DNA of 64,000 nt, from NCBI GenBank assembly GCA_963845565.1, contig CAWJSJ010000001.1, positions 672,001 through 736,000 of the forward strand, written 5' to 3'. Of this stretch, positions 32,090 to 42,650 are shown in pieces. Position numbers and translations under genes: made by a program. The notes beneath the pieces are model-generated. The model was not told the origin of the DNA. It made no database searches and saw nothing but the letters and a program-made list of their open reading frames with translations. The stretch's first letter is position 1; each line of letters opens with the position of its first letter. This DNA is from an uncultured Methylomirabilota bacterium. Lineage in GTDB: Bacteria; Methylomirabilota; Methylomirabilia; Methylomirabilales; 2-02-FULL-66-22.

Positions 32090-33518
32090 GCCGACGGGTT
32101 TCCTGGAGATCGGGCGCGAACTGCCCGAGCGACGGCCGGTGGCAGAGCGGGTCACGGACTGGCGGGAGATCAACCGCGAACTCCCCGAGGAGAAGGTACG
32201 GGCGCAGGGCGCGCGCTGCATGAACTGCGGGATCCCCTTCTGTCACAAGGGTTGCCCTCTCGGGAATATCATCCCCGACTGGAACGACTTGGTCTATAAG
32301 AACCGCTGGCGCGAGGCGCTGGACCGCCTGCTCGCCACCAACAATTTCCCGGAGTTCACCGGACGGCTTTGCCCGGCGCCGTGCGAAGGATCCTGCGTCC
32401 TCGCGATCAATTCCGACCCGGTGACGATCAAGCAGATCGAGCTGGAGATCATCGAGCATGCCTTTCGGCACGGCTGGGTCAAACCGGAGCCACCCCTGGT
32501 CCGCACCGGCAAGTCGGTTGCCGTCGTCGGTTCGGGGCCTTGCGGTCTGGCCGCCGCGGACCAACTGAACCGCGCCGGCCACCGCGTAACCGTCTTCGAG
32601 CGGGCGGACCGCATCGGCGGGCTCTTGCGCTACGGTATCCCGGAGTTCAAATTAGAGAAGGGCATCCTGGATCGGCGCTTGAAGCTCATGACGGCGGAGG
32701 GGGTCGTTTTCCGCCCCAACGCCGAGGTCGGCGTGAACATCTCAGTGGAGGAGCTCCGGTCAAAGTTCGACGCCATTCTCCTCGCCGCCGGGGCGACCCT
32801 TCCACGTGATCTCAAGGTGCCCGGGAGGGATCTCGACGGGATCCATTTCGCCATGGAATACCTCCCGCAGGGAAACCGACGCTGCGCGGGCGATACGGTA
32901 CCCGAAGCCACCCTCATCTCGGCGACGGGTAAACGGGTGGTGATCATCGGGGGTGGGGATACCGGAGCGGACTGCCTCGGAACGGCCCATCGCCAGGGCG
33001 CCGCTTCGGTCACGCAGTTCGAGCTGCTGCCGCGGCCGCCCGCGTCGCGGACCCCGGACAACCCGTGGCCGCTATGGCCGAATATCTTTCGAGTGTCCAC
33101 GGCGCACGAGGAAGGGGGTGAGCGAGACTACTGCATCTCGACACGCCATTTCTCGGGCGATGAAGGCCGGGTGAAGCGTCTGCACGGGGTCCGGGTGGAA
33201 TTCACCCCAGGACCGAACGGTCGGCCGACGATGCGAGAGTTGCCGGGGACCGAGTTCGAGATGGACGTTGACCTGGTCTTCTTGGCCATGGGGTTCTTGG
33301 GGCCGGAGCGGAACGCGATGCTCGCGCAACTCGGCGTCGCGATCACGGAACGCGGGACGGTGGCGGCGGACGCCAATAAGATGACCGACATCCCGGGCAT
33401 CTTCGCCGCGGGTGACACGGCGCGCGGCCAATCGTTGGTCGTCTGGGCGATCGCCGAAGGGCGGCAAGCGGCCCGGGGCATGGACGCGTATCTCATGGGG
33501 TCGACGACGCTTCCGTAG
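32082..33518 (+). CDS. gltD: Glutamate synthase small subunit
   Basis: [38 protein letters not shown]. Confidence 0.98.
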   Translation: MGKPTGFLEIGRELPERRPVAERVTDWREINRELPEEKVRAQGARCMNCGIPFCHKGCPLGNIIPDWNDLVYKNRWREALDRLLATNNFPEFTGRLCPAPCEGSCVLAINSDPVTIKQIELEIIEHAFRHGWVKPEPPLVRTGKSVAVVGSGPCGLAAADQLNRAGHRVTVFERADRIGGLLRYGIPEFKLEKGILDRRLKLMTAEGVVFRPNAEVGVNISVEELRSKFDAILLAAGATLPRDLKVPGRDLDGIHFAMEYLPQGNRRCAGDTVPEATLISATGKRVVIIGGGDTGADCLGTAHRQGAASVTQFELLPRPPASRTPDNPWPLWPNIFRVSTAHEEGGERDYCISTRHFSGDEGRVKRLHGVRVEFTPGPNGRPTMRELPGTEFEMDVDLVFLAMGFLGPERNAMLAQLGVAITERGTVAADANKMTDIPGIFAAGDTARGQSLVVWAIAEGRQAARGMDAYLMGSTTLP

Positions 33519-33565
33519 CGCGGGCGCCGGATTCACCCCGTCTTGCCCCGGGGGTTCGCGGACGG

Positions 33566-33670
33566 TAGGCCGTTGTCAAAGAATAGTTTGACCGGAGAAA
33601 TTCCGGAAACGGCATAAGGAGCCGTAACGCAATTACAAAAAATGGACAGTTATTTCGTAACGGCTCCTAA
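33566..33670 (+). mobile_element. MITE-like repeat family A, copy 3 (more diverged)
   Basis: TAG GCCGTTGTCAAAGAAT..AAACGGCA TAA GGAGCCGTAACG..TTATTTCGTAACGGCTCC TAA. Confidence 0.8.
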
Positions 33671-33673
33671 GAC

Positions 33674-33703
33674 TTGACACAACTCTTTTCGGGGGGATAG
33701 AGT
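33674..33703 (+). promoter_or_regulatory. Putative sigma70 promoter
   Basis: TTGACA-18 bp-TAGAGT. Confidence 0.45.
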
Positions 33704-33822
33704 AGTCAAAATCGACGCCGACGGCTTCTCCCATGCAATCGGGGCCCGCGCTTGCTTTCGCCGGAACGGCGGTGGTTGCGCGGGCCTCTCGCTATCCGGG
33801 ACCGAGCAGGGACAGGGCGACC

Positions 33823-34974
33823 ATGGCCGAGACGGCCGACATTCTGATCATCGGTGCGGGCATCGTCGGGTGCAGCCTCGCCTATCATCTCGCGCTGCAG
33901 GGTGCGTCCCGAGTCGTGGTGGTGGACCAGGACTTGATCTGCTCCGGCTCGACGGGGAAATCCGCCGGGGGCATCCGGCAGCAATTTGCGACGGCGCTGA
34001 ACGTCGAGCTCTCCCTGGAAAGTATCCACATGTTCGATCGCATGCCCGAGGAACTGGGCATCGATCCGGGTTTCCGGCGGGTCGGATATCTCTTTCTGGC
34101 ATCTACGCTGGAAGAGTTGACGCTCTTTCAGCGCAACGTGGCGCTGCAGCAGCGTTGCGGCGTGCCGGCCCGGATCGTCGGTCTTGACGACATTCGACGG
34201 CTGGTACCCTTCCTCCACCTCGACGGGATTCAAGGCGGAAGCTACTGCCCCACCGACGGGTACGCGGCGCCGTATGAGGTGACCATGGGCTATGCCGCCG
34301 CGGCGCGGCGGCGCGGCGTGCGCTTTCACGAGCAGCGGGCGGTGACCGGAGTCCTGCGCGCGGGCGACCGGGTGACCGGGGTGGAGACGCGCGAGGGCCC
34401 CATGCACGCCCCGGTGATCGTGAATGCCGCGGGGGCGTTCGCCGGGCGGATCGGGGAGATGGCGGGCGTGGAGGTGCCGATCAAACCGTTCCGGCGACAG
34501 CTCTTCACCACGCATCCGATTCCGGCGTTCGCCGAGGAGCCGCCCTTGACCATCGACTACCATCGGAACTGGTACTTCCGGGGCGAGCTGGGCGGCTGTC
34601 TCTTCTCGGGTCCGAAAGACGAGGAGAGCACCTTCAACACGAACGTGGACTGGGAACACTTGGCGGAGAGCGTGGAGCAAGCCGTGGTGCGCCTCCCCAT
34701 TCTGGCGGAGGCGGAGATTCACCGAGGATGGGCGGGCCTGTACGAGATCTCGCCGGACAACAACGCCATCCTCGGTCCGGTCCCGGAACTTCGAGGCTTC
34801 TACGTCGCCGGCGGCCACAGCGGCCACGGCTTCCAGCACGGCCCGATCGCCGGGAAGCTGATGGCGGAACTGATCCTCGCGGAACGGACCAGCATCGATA
34901 TCGGGGCCCTCGGGATCGAGCGTTTCCGGGCCGGGAAAGCCGTGCTGGAGCCGATGACGATGCACCAGGCGTGA
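33823..34974 (+). CDS. FAD-dependent oxidoreductase (sarcosine oxidase beta/DAO family)
   Basis: IIGAGIVG, GSTGKSAGGIRQQF, WAGLYEISPD, GHSGHGFQ. Confidence 0.88.
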   Translation: MAETADILIIGAGIVGCSLAYHLALQGASRVVVVDQDLICSGSTGKSAGGIRQQFATALNVELSLESIHMFDRMPEELGIDPGFRRVGYLFLASTLEELTLFQRNVALQQRCGVPARIVGLDDIRRLVPFLHLDGIQGGSYCPTDGYAAPYEVTMGYAAAARRRGVRFHEQRAVTGVLRAGDRVTGVETREGPMHAPVIVNAAGAFAGRIGEMAGVEVPIKPFRRQLFTTHPIPAFAEEPPLTIDYHRNWYFRGELGGCLFSGPKDEESTFNTNVDWEHLAESVEQAVVRLPILAEAEIHRGWAGLYEISPDNNAILGPVPELRGFYVAGGHSGHGFQHGPIAGKLMAELILAERTSIDIGALGIERFRAGKAVLEPMTMHQA

Positions 34975-35007
34975 GACCGGCGGCAGTCACCAACAGGAAA
35001 ACCGGCG

Positions 35008-36129
35008 ATGCGTGAAACGCGACTCATCATCGGCGCCAGCGAAACCGATGCAAACCTGTTTTATGCGACGCACTTCTTGGCGCCCGACGCCTTCGTGTTC
35101 GTCTGGACCCCCCAGGAGAAGATTCTCTTGATGTCCGATCTGGAGGTGGATCGGGCGCGGGGGCAGGCCCAGGTGGACACGGTGCTGCCGATCCGGACAT
35201 ACGAGGAGCGCGCCAAGGCCGCGGGGGTCGCCCGTCCGGGCATGCTGGATTCGCTCTGCGCGTTCCTGGCAGAGCGGGGCATCAACCAGGTTGTGGTTCC
35301 TGGCAGTTTTCCCATCGAATTCGGCGACGGGTTGCGCGAACGAGCCATCGAGGTGCAAGTTCGGCGGGAACCGTTCTTCGAGGAACGCCTCGTCAAGCTG
35401 CCCGCGGAGGTCGAGGCGATCACCCGGGCCATGCGACGGACAGAGGCGGCGCTGAATACGGCGATCGATGCTATTCGTGAGGCGGACATCGAGAATGGGG
35501 TGCTTCGCTGGAAGGGTGCTGTCCTGACGTCCGAGCGGGTGAGGCATCTGATCGGAGCGCAGCTTCTGGAGGACGGCCTGATCGGCCAACACACCATTGT
35601 GGCATGCGGGGAGGCCGCGTGCGATCCCCACAATCAGGGGAGCGGACCCCTTCGGGCGGGGCAGACGATCATCCTGGACGTGTTCCCACGGGATGAGGAG
35701 AGCCGGTATTTCGCCGATATCACGCGGACGGTGGTCAAGGGGCCGGCCCCCGAGACGGTGCGGAGGATGTATCGCGCCGTGGCGGATGGCCAGGCGTGCG
35801 CATTCCGTCTCATCCGAGACGGCGCCGAAGGCGACGCGATCCATCGGGAGGTGCACGCGGCGATAGAACGGCATGGTTTTCGGACCGGCGAAGTGGGCGG
35901 GCGCATGGAGGGCTTCTTCCACGGGACAGGCCACGGGCTGGGTTTGGACGTGCACGAACTCCCACGGATCTCGAAGGTGCCGACGACGCTGCGCACGGGG
36001 AACGTCGTGACGGTGGAACCCGGGCTTTACTATACCGGCGTGGGTGGGGTACGGCTCGAAGACGTGGTGGTGGTCACCGAGAACGGATGCGTCAACCTGA
36101 CGGCCTATCCAAAAGAGCTGGAGGTCTAG
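35008..36129 (+). CDS. Xaa-Pro peptidase (M24 family)
   Basis: PH, D..ADITRT, HGTGHGLGLDVHE, TVEPGLY, RLED. Confidence 0.92.
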   Translation: MRETRLIIGASETDANLFYATHFLAPDAFVFVWTPQEKILLMSDLEVDRARGQAQVDTVLPIRTYEERAKAAGVARPGMLDSLCAFLAERGINQVVVPGSFPIEFGDGLRERAIEVQVRREPFFEERLVKLPAEVEAITRAMRRTEAALNTAIDAIREADIENGVLRWKGAVLTSERVRHLIGAQLLEDGLIGQHTIVACGEAACDPHNQGSGPLRAGQTIILDVFPRDEESRYFADITRTVVKGPAPETVRRMYRAVADGQACAFRLIRDGAEGDAIHREVHAAIERHGFRTGEVGGRMEGFFHGTGHGLGLDVHELPRISKVPTTLRTGNVVTVEPGLYYTGVGGVRLEDVVVVTENGCVNLTAYPKELEV

Positions 36130-36465
36130 ATGTCCGATCTTCGCTATCGAACGTCCCGTCTCAAGGTGTATGCCCAGCTCTTGCCCGCCGGGACGGCCGC
36201 GGAGGAGCGGCGGCGGTTCCTGGAAGATCTGGATCGGATGGATGAAGATGCCATCACGGGATTCTTCCAACAGATTCCAAACGAGGGGCCGGTGAGGCGC
36301 CTGCTGGAGATCCTCCGGGAGGCGAGAGAGTTGGGAGATCGGCTGAACGCGATGGACCGAACCCTACCCGTCCTTCCGCACACCGAGATTTCCGCCTGCT
36401 ACCGCCGGCTTCGGGCCCTGGGAGATGAGATCGCGGATCTGGCCGCGGCCGGCGTCCTGAAGTAG
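36130..36465 (+). CDS. Hypothetical helical protein
   Basis: Starts immediately after the peptidase stop with a GGAGG RBS; typical codon usage. Confidence 0.65.
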   Translation: MSDLRYRTSRLKVYAQLLPAGTAAEERRRFLEDLDRMDEDAITGFFQQIPNEGPVRRLLEILREARELGDRLNAMDRTLPVLPHTEISACYRRLRALGDEIADLAAAGVLK

Positions 36466-36609
36466 CTTTCTTGACGGGCCGGGAGTGTGGTTCCGTCTTG
36501 TTGACCGATCGGTCCACTCATGGTGAGGCGATCTGGCTCGCCAAAGGTCAGAGCCGTTATGGTCAACAACTCCGGTCAGTTAAGGCGATATTTTTCCGAG
36601 AGAAACACA

Positions 36610-36638
36610 TTGACGTGTACGTGAAGCCTGGGTATACT
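36610..36638 (+). promoter_or_regulatory. Sigma70 promoter with ACGT-N2-ACGT dyad overlapping -35
   Basis: TTGACG-17 bp-TATACT; TGACGTGTACGTGA dyad. Confidence 0.6.
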
Positions 36639-36673
36639 CTGCTCAGATTGAATCAGGACATATACGGTAAACA

Positions 36674-37276
36674 ATGGGCTATCAGAACGGCACGCAGCGT
36701 GACAAGGGGGTAATGACCATAGGCGACCTTGCGCGCCGTGCCGGAACAACCATGCGCACCATCCGCTACTATGAGGAGCGAGGGCTTATCGAGCCCATCG
36801 GGCGGACCAAGGGCGGGTTCCGGTTATACGAGGAGGAAGAACTTCGCAAGCTCCATCTGATCCGAAGCCTGCAGGGTCTAGACATGCCGCTGGCACAGGT
36901 GAAAGCGTTCTTCGACGAACGGCAGCGCGGACGAACCGGCGCCGAGATCGCCCCGGCCCTGCGCAACGTATTGCAGGATCATCTTCAGGTGATGGGGCAA
37001 AGGATCGCACAGTACCAGGCGATGCAGGACTCCATCCGAGAGACGATGGAGATTCTGAGGACGTGCGCACAATGCCCGCACGAACCGGGACCGAGCATCT
37101 GCCCGGCATGTCCCGCGCTGGCCGGTCGCGTGACGGTTCCGTTGCACATGCAAGCGGTCATCGAGGCGGCGGGGCGCACCGCGGACACGAGCCACACAAC
37201 AGAAGGCGCGCCGCCCCAGAGTTCGGCGCGAGCCTCACGCGAGGGTGGGGCATTCTTGGCACCAGAAACGTCATAG
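36674..37276 (+). CDS. MerR-family regulator with C-terminal CxxC-x8-CxxC (alternative start 36713)
   Basis: TIGDLARRAGTTMRTIRYYEERGLI..RTKGGFRLY; CAQC..CPAC. Confidence 0.9.
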   Translation: MGYQNGTQRDKGVMTIGDLARRAGTTMRTIRYYEERGLIEPIGRTKGGFRLYEEEELRKLHLIRSLQGLDMPLAQVKAFFDERQRGRTGAEIAPALRNVLQDHLQVMGQRIAQYQAMQDSIRETMEILRTCAQCPHEPGPSICPACPALAGRVTVPLHMQAVIEAAGRTADTSHTTEGAPPQSSARASREGGAFLAPETS

Positions 37277-37289
37277 GAGGGATAAGTTC

Positions 37290-37613
37290 ATGATCACGGT
37301 CACGACACAAGCAGCTACCAAGATCAAGGATATCAAGACAGCGCAGGCCGCCTCCGAGGAGACCGGGCTGCGCGTTCGCGTGGTGGGCGGCGGATGCTCC
37401 GGGTTTCAATACCAGCTGGTATTCGACACTCCGCAGGCGGGCGATCAGGTCTTCGAGTCGGATGGCGTGAAGGTCGTCGTGGACCCGAAGTCGTTTCTGT
37501 ACCTCGTCGGCACCGAGATCGACTACGTGGATGGCCTGAACGGGGCGGGTTTCACGATGAAGAACCCCAACGCGAAGGGCGGGTGCGGGTGCGGGTCGAG
37601 CTTCACGGCATAA
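37290..37613 (+). CDS. erpA: Fe-S cluster insertion protein (ErpA/IscA/HesB family)
   Basis: [25 protein letters not shown]. Confidence 0.9.
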   Translation: MITVTTQAATKIKDIKTAQAASEETGLRVRVVGGGCSGFQYQLVFDTPQAGDQVFESDGVKVVVDPKSFLYLVGTEIDYVDGLNGAGFTMKNPNAKGGCGCGSSFTA

Positions 37614-37627
37614 GGGAAAGGGCAGCC

Positions 37628-38194
37628 ATGACAGTGCCCATGTCGACGACGAGCCCCCTCAGCGGAGAGGCGATCGTCGAGCGCGCCGTGCAGGAAGAGG
37701 TCGAGCGGGGGATCCTCTTGACCTCCCTCGACACGATGGTCAACTGGGCGCGCCGTTCCTCGATCTGGCCGGCCACCTTTGGTCTGGCGTGCTGCGCAAT
37801 CGAGATGATGGCAACGGGTGCGTCCCGGTTCGATCTGGCCCGATTTGGGGCCGAGGTCTTCCGGGCGTCGCCACGGCAGGCCGATCTCATGATCGTGGCG
37901 GGCCGTGTGAGCCGGAAGATGGCCCCCGTGCTGCGAAAGATTTACGACCAGATGCCGGACCCCAAGTGGGTCATCGCGATGGGGGCGTGCGCATCGTGCG
38001 GCGGCGTGTTCAACACCTATACCATCGTGCAGGGTGTCGACCAGGTCGTTCCGGTTGATGTGTACGTGCCTGGATGCCCGCCGCGGCCCGAGCAACTGAT
38101 CCACGGGATCATGCTCCTGCAGGAGAAGATCAAGGGAGAACGGAATTCCAGGAAGGATCTGATGAGCTTTCCGTGGGAACTAAATAATTCCTAG
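37628..38194 (+). CDS. nuoB: NADH-quinone oxidoreductase subunit B (copy 2)
   Basis: [35 protein letters not shown]. Confidence 0.95.
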   Translation: MTVPMSTTSPLSGEAIVERAVQEEVERGILLTSLDTMVNWARRSSIWPATFGLACCAIEMMATGASRFDLARFGAEVFRASPRQADLMIVAGRVSRKMAPVLRKIYDQMPDPKWVIAMGACASCGGVFNTYTIVQGVDQVVPVDVYVPGCPPRPEQLIHGIMLLQEKIKGERNSRKDLMSFPWELNNS

Positions 38195-38243
38195 GGGAGG
38201 TTGGCGGTGGCAACCGCCTGACGCAGAGGAGCATGAGACGCCA

Positions 38244-40109
38244 ATGACTCTGGAGACGCAGGTGGACGGGGCGGCAACGGCGAAGCGCAAGGAGCAGCGG
38301 GAGAGTGTGGTCATCCGTTTTGCCGGCGACTCCGGGGACGGCATGCAACTCACCGGCATGCAGTTCACCACGGAATCCGCGCTGGCCGGAAACGACATCG
38401 GCACCCTCCCCGACTATCCGGCGGAGATCCGAGCGCCGGCGGGGACGTTGGCCGGCGTCAGCGGGTTCCAGCTCAATTTCAGCAGCCTCGACATCTACAC
38501 GCCGGGCGACAATCCTGACGTTCTGGTGGTCATGAATCCCGCCGCCCTCAAGGTGAACATCGCCGACCTGAAAGCCGGCGGGCTGCTCCTGGCGGATCGC
38601 GACGGGTTCGACGAGGGCAACCTCAAGAAAGCCGGATACACCGGGAACCCCCTGGAAAACGGCTCCCTGGACAAGTATCAGGTCGTGACGGCGGACATGA
38701 CGGGCATGACCTTGCGGACGCTGGAGGATCTCAAGCTGTCGAACAAGGTCGCCACCCGCTGCAAGAACTTCTTCGCCCTCGGCCTGTGCTCTTGGCTGTA
38801 CAGCCGACCGATCGAGCCGACCATCAAATGGATTCAGGACAAGTTCAAGAAGACCCCCGAGCTTGTCGAGGCCAATACGCGCGTCCTCAAGGCGGGGTAC
38901 CACTACGGCGAAACGACCGAGTTGTTTGCGGTGCAATATGAAGTGAAACCCGCCCGGATCGCCCCGGGGACATATCGGAACATCACCGGGAATTCCGCTG
39001 TCGCTCTCGGACTGGTGGCGGCGGCGAAGAAGGCCGGCTTGACGCTGTTCCTCGGGAGTTATCCGATCACGCCGGCCAGCGACATCCTGCACGAGTTGTC
39101 GTATTACAAGCAGTTCGGGGTCCTGACGTTTCAGGCCGAGGACGAGATCGCAGGTGTCTGCTCGGCGCTGGGCGCCTCGTTCGGCGGGGTCATCGGCGTC
39201 ACGACCAGCAGCGGCCCCGGAATCGCGCTGAAACAGGAGGCGATCAACTTGGCGGTGATGGTCGAATTGCCCCTGGTGATCTGCAACGTGCAGCGGGGCG
39301 GCCCCAGCACGGGCCTCCCCACCAAGACGGAGCAGGCCGATCTCCTGCAAGCCATCTTCGGCCGGAACAGCGACTCGCCCTTGCCCGTGATCGCGGCCGC
39401 CACGCCCGCCGACTGTTTTTCGGCGGCCTACGAGGCGACCCGGATCGCCGTCAAGTACATGACCCCGGTGATTCTGCTCACCGACGGATACCTGGCGAAC
39501 GGTTCCGAGCCGTGGAACATACCCCACTTCGAAGACCTGGCGCCCATCCCCGTGGTGTTCCGGACCGATCCGAACGGGTTCTTTCCGTATCTCCGGGACC
39601 CGAAGACCTTGGCGCGGCCCTGGGTAAAACCCGGGACGCCCGGCTTGGAGCATCGCATCGGCGGGATCGAGAAGGCGGAGGTGACGGGGAATATCAGCTA
39701 CGACCCCCTCAACCATGAACGCATGACGCTGGCCCGAGCCCGCAAGGTGGAGGCGGTCCAGCAGGACATCCCGCCAACCCTCGTCCGAGGCGAACCCACC
39801 GGTGACCTCGTGGTTGTCGGCTGGGGCAGCACCTTCGGGGCGATTGCTGCCGCGGTCGAGGAGCTGCGGAATCATGGAACGCGGGTGTCGCACGTCCATT
39901 TAAGGTACCTGAACCCGCTGCCCGCCGATCTCGGGACGGTCCTGGCTGGCTTCAAGAAGATCCTGGTCCCCGAGATGAACACGGGGCAGCTCCGGATGAT
40001 TCTGCGCGCCACGTATCTGGTGGATGCCGTGGGATTGAACAAGATCCAGGGGCAGCCGTTCAAGGTCACGGAGATCGCCGACGCGATTCGGCGGGTACTG
40101 GAGGGGTAG
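38244..40109 (+). CDS. korA: 2-oxoacid:ferredoxin oxidoreductase alpha subunit
   Basis: [35 protein letters not shown]. Confidence 0.92.
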   Translation: MTLETQVDGAATAKRKEQRESVVIRFAGDSGDGMQLTGMQFTTESALAGNDIGTLPDYPAEIRAPAGTLAGVSGFQLNFSSLDIYTPGDNPDVLVVMNPAALKVNIADLKAGGLLLADRDGFDEGNLKKAGYTGNPLENGSLDKYQVVTADMTGMTLRTLEDLKLSNKVATRCKNFFALGLCSWLYSRPIEPTIKWIQDKFKKTPELVEANTRVLKAGYHYGETTELFAVQYEVKPARIAPGTYRNITGNSAVALGLVAAAKKAGLTLFLGSYPITPASDILHELSYYKQFGVLTFQAEDEIAGVCSALGASFGGVIGVTTSSGPGIALKQEAINLAVMVELPLVICNVQRGGPSTGLPTKTEQADLLQAIFGRNSDSPLPVIAAATPADCFSAAYEATRIAVKYMTPVILLTDGYLANGSEPWNIPHFEDLAPIPVVFRTDPNGFFPYLRDPKTLARPWVKPGTPGLEHRIGGIEKAEVTGNISYDPLNHERMTLARARKVEAVQQDIPPTLVRGEPTGDLVVVGWGSTFGAIAAAVEELRNHGTRVSHVHLRYLNPLPADLGTVLAGFKKILVPEMNTGQLRMILRATYLVDAVGLNKIQGQPFKVTEIADAIRRVLEG

Positions 40110-40110
40110 G

Positions 40111-41130
40111 ATGAGCGACGCGTCCACCGCCACGGCGACACCCAAGCTGACCCGCAAAGATTTCATCTCCGACCAGGACGTCCGGTGGTGTCCGGGGTGC
40201 GGGGACTACTCGATCCTGGCGCAGGTGCAGCGCGTGATGCCCGAACTGGGTCTTCCCCGCGAAAAATTCGTTTTCGTCTCCGGGATCGGCTGTTCCAGTC
40301 GGTTCCCGTATTACATGAACACGTACGGCTTCCACAGCATTCATGGCCGGGCGCCGGCCATCGCCAGCGGGCTGAAGATTGCGCGGCCGGAGCTGTCGGT
40401 GTGGGTGGTGACCGGCGACGGGGACGGACTGAGCATCGGGGGCAATCACCTGATTCACGCCCTCCGCCGGAATGTGGGCCTGAAGATCCTCCTGTTCAAC
40501 AACCGGATCTACGGGTTGACCAAGGGCCAGTACTCCCCGACCTCCGAGATCGGCAAGGTGACCAAGTCCACCCCGTTCGGGTCGGTGGATTACCCCTTCA
40601 ACCCGATCGCGGTCGCCATGGGGGTGGACGCCAGCTTCGTCGCGCGGACGGTCGACGTCGAGGCGAAATCGCTGCAAGACATCTTGCGGCGCGCCTACGA
40701 ACACCCGGGCGGCGCCTTCATCGAGATCCTGCAGAACTGCAACATCTTCAACGACGGCGCCTGGGAGACCGTGACGGACAAGGCGACCAAGGCCGATACG
40801 GTGCTGCTGCTGGAGCACGGCAAGCCGCTGATCTTCGGCAAAAATCGGGACAAGGGCCTCCGGCTCGGCGCCGGTGGCTCGCTCGAGGTGGTCACCCTGG
40901 GAAACGGCACCTCGGAGACCGACGTCTTGGTACACGACGAACGCAATCGGTCGCTGGCCTACATGCTGGCGCACCTCTCGAATCCGACCCCCATCGGCGT
41001 CTTCCACGCCATGCCCCGTCCCGTCTACGAGGAGGCCATGGCCCGGCAGGTGGACGCCGCCCGGCAGAAGCAGGGGGACGGGGACATCGACGCCCTCTTC
41101 AAGCGGGGCGAGACCTGGGTCGTGGAGTGA
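40111..41130 (+). CDS. korB: 2-oxoacid:ferredoxin oxidoreductase beta subunit
   Basis: WCPGCGD, SGIGCSSR, GDGD, NNRIYGLTKGQ. Confidence 0.92.
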   Translation: MSDASTATATPKLTRKDFISDQDVRWCPGCGDYSILAQVQRVMPELGLPREKFVFVSGIGCSSRFPYYMNTYGFHSIHGRAPAIASGLKIARPELSVWVVTGDGDGLSIGGNHLIHALRRNVGLKILLFNNRIYGLTKGQYSPTSEIGKVTKSTPFGSVDYPFNPIAVAMGVDASFVARTVDVEAKSLQDILRRAYEHPGGAFIEILQNCNIFNDGAWETVTDKATKADTVLLLEHGKPLIFGKNRDKGLRLGAGGSLEVVTLGNGTSETDVLVHDERNRSLAYMLAHLSNPTPIGVFHAMPRPVYEEAMARQVDAARQKQGDGDIDALFKRGETWVVE

Positions 41131-41234
41131 CCACGATTCGCGTCGCATCGACCACAGACACCCGTGGTGGGATGGGGGCATTCCCCCTCCACCGACGCTG
41201 GTAACCTGACGGATCCCCAGTGACTGCTGGCCGC

Positions 41235-42650
41235 ATGACCTCCGAGACGCGTCGCCGTCTTCTCTCTGCCTGCCGTGACATCGTGGGCGCCGATGGCGTG
41301 GTCTCCGCTCCCGATGAGCTTCGCGTGTACGAGTGCGATGCGCTGACGACGGACCACCGCGCCGTGCCCGATCTGGTCGTGTTGCCGACCAGCACGGATC
41401 AGGTGGCCGCGGTGGCTCGACTGTGCGCGACCGCGGGTGTCCCCATCGTCCCGCGGGGAGCCGGAACCGGACTCTCGGGCGGAGCGATCGCGACCCGGGG
41501 CGGCGTGCTGGTCGTCCTCACCCGCATGAATCGCGTCTTGGACATCGACCCGGCCAACCGGACCGCGACGGTCGAGGCCGGGTGCGTCAATTTGGCCATC
41601 AGCCGCGCCGTCGCCTCCCACGGGTTCTTCTTCGCCCCCGACCCGGCGAGTCAGCAGGCGTCCACCATCGGCGGGAATGTCGCGGAGAACGCCGGCGGCC
41701 CGCACTGCCTGAAATACGGCGCGACGAAGAATCATGTGCTCGGGGCCACGGTCGTCCTGCCCAGCGGCGAGGTCATCCGTCTCGGCGGTCGGTTGGCCGA
41801 CCAACCGGGATACGATCTGCTCGGCGTGTTCGTGGGGTCGGAGGGGACCCTGGGCATCTGCACCGAGGTGATCGTCCGATTGCTCCCCGTGCCGCAGGCC
41901 GTCAAGACGATCCTGGCCGTGTTCCGGAGCATCGAGGAGGCCAGCACCGCGGTCTCGGCGATCATCGCCCGCGGGATCATCCCGGTCGCGCTGGAGATGA
42001 TCGACCAGGAAACCACGCAGGCGGTGGAGGCGTATGCCCACGCCGGGTATCCGCTGGATGCGGGGGCGGTCCTGTTGATCGAACTGGAGGGCCTCTCGGC
42101 AGAGGTCGCTACCGAAGCTGGGGAAGTGGAACAGGCCTGCCGAGCGCACGGGTGTCTCGACGCCAAGGTGGCGCGGAGCGAAGAGGAGCGGACGCTCCTG
42201 TGGAAAGGGCGGAAATCCGCAGCGGGGGCGTTCGGGCGGATGACGCGGAACTACTACCACCAGGACGCGGTGGTCCCGCGGACCAAGCTGGCGGCGGTCT
42301 TGCGGGAGATCGCGGCCATCGGGGTGCAGCACGGGGTACGGGTGCCCAACGTGTTTCACGCGGGCGACGGAAACATTCATCCGTTGCTGTGCTACGACGA
42401 CCGCGTGCCCGGTCAGTTCGAGCGGGCGATGGCGGCGGGCGACGAGATCATGCGGTGCTGCATTCGCGCCGGCGGCACGGTGAGCGGGGAGCACGGAATC
42501 GGCGTCGAGAAGCGGGAATATCTTCGCCTGATGTACAGCGACGACGATCTGGCGGCCATGCGGCGCGTGCAGCGGGTGTTCGACCCGGCCGGCCGCTGTA
42601 ACCCGGGCAAGATCTTCCCCGACCAGCCACACGAGGAGCGGACTCCATGA
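41235..42650 (+). CDS. glcD: Glycolate oxidase/D-lactate dehydrogenase FAD subunit
   Basis: PRGAGTGLSGG, PDPAS, ENAGGPHCLKYG, HAGDGNIHP, GEHGIG, NPGKI. Confidence 0.9.
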   Translation: MTSETRRRLLSACRDIVGADGVVSAPDELRVYECDALTTDHRAVPDLVVLPTSTDQVAAVARLCATAGVPIVPRGAGTGLSGGAIATRGGVLVVLTRMNRVLDIDPANRTATVEAGCVNLAISRAVASHGFFFAPDPASQQASTIGGNVAENAGGPHCLKYGATKNHVLGATVVLPSGEVIRLGGRLADQPGYDLLGVFVGSEGTLGICTEVIVRLLPVPQAVKTILAVFRSIEEASTAVSAIIARGIIPVALEMIDQETTQAVEAYAHAGYPLDAGAVLLIELEGLSAEVATEAGEVEQACRAHGCLDAKVARSEEERTLLWKGRKSAAGAFGRMTRNYYHQDAVVPRTKLAAVLREIAAIGVQHGVRVPNVFHAGDGNIHPLLCYDDRVPGQFERAMAAGDEIMRCCIRAGGTVSGEHGIGVEKREYLRLMYSDDDLAAMRRVQRVFDPAGRCNPGKIFPDQPHEERTP

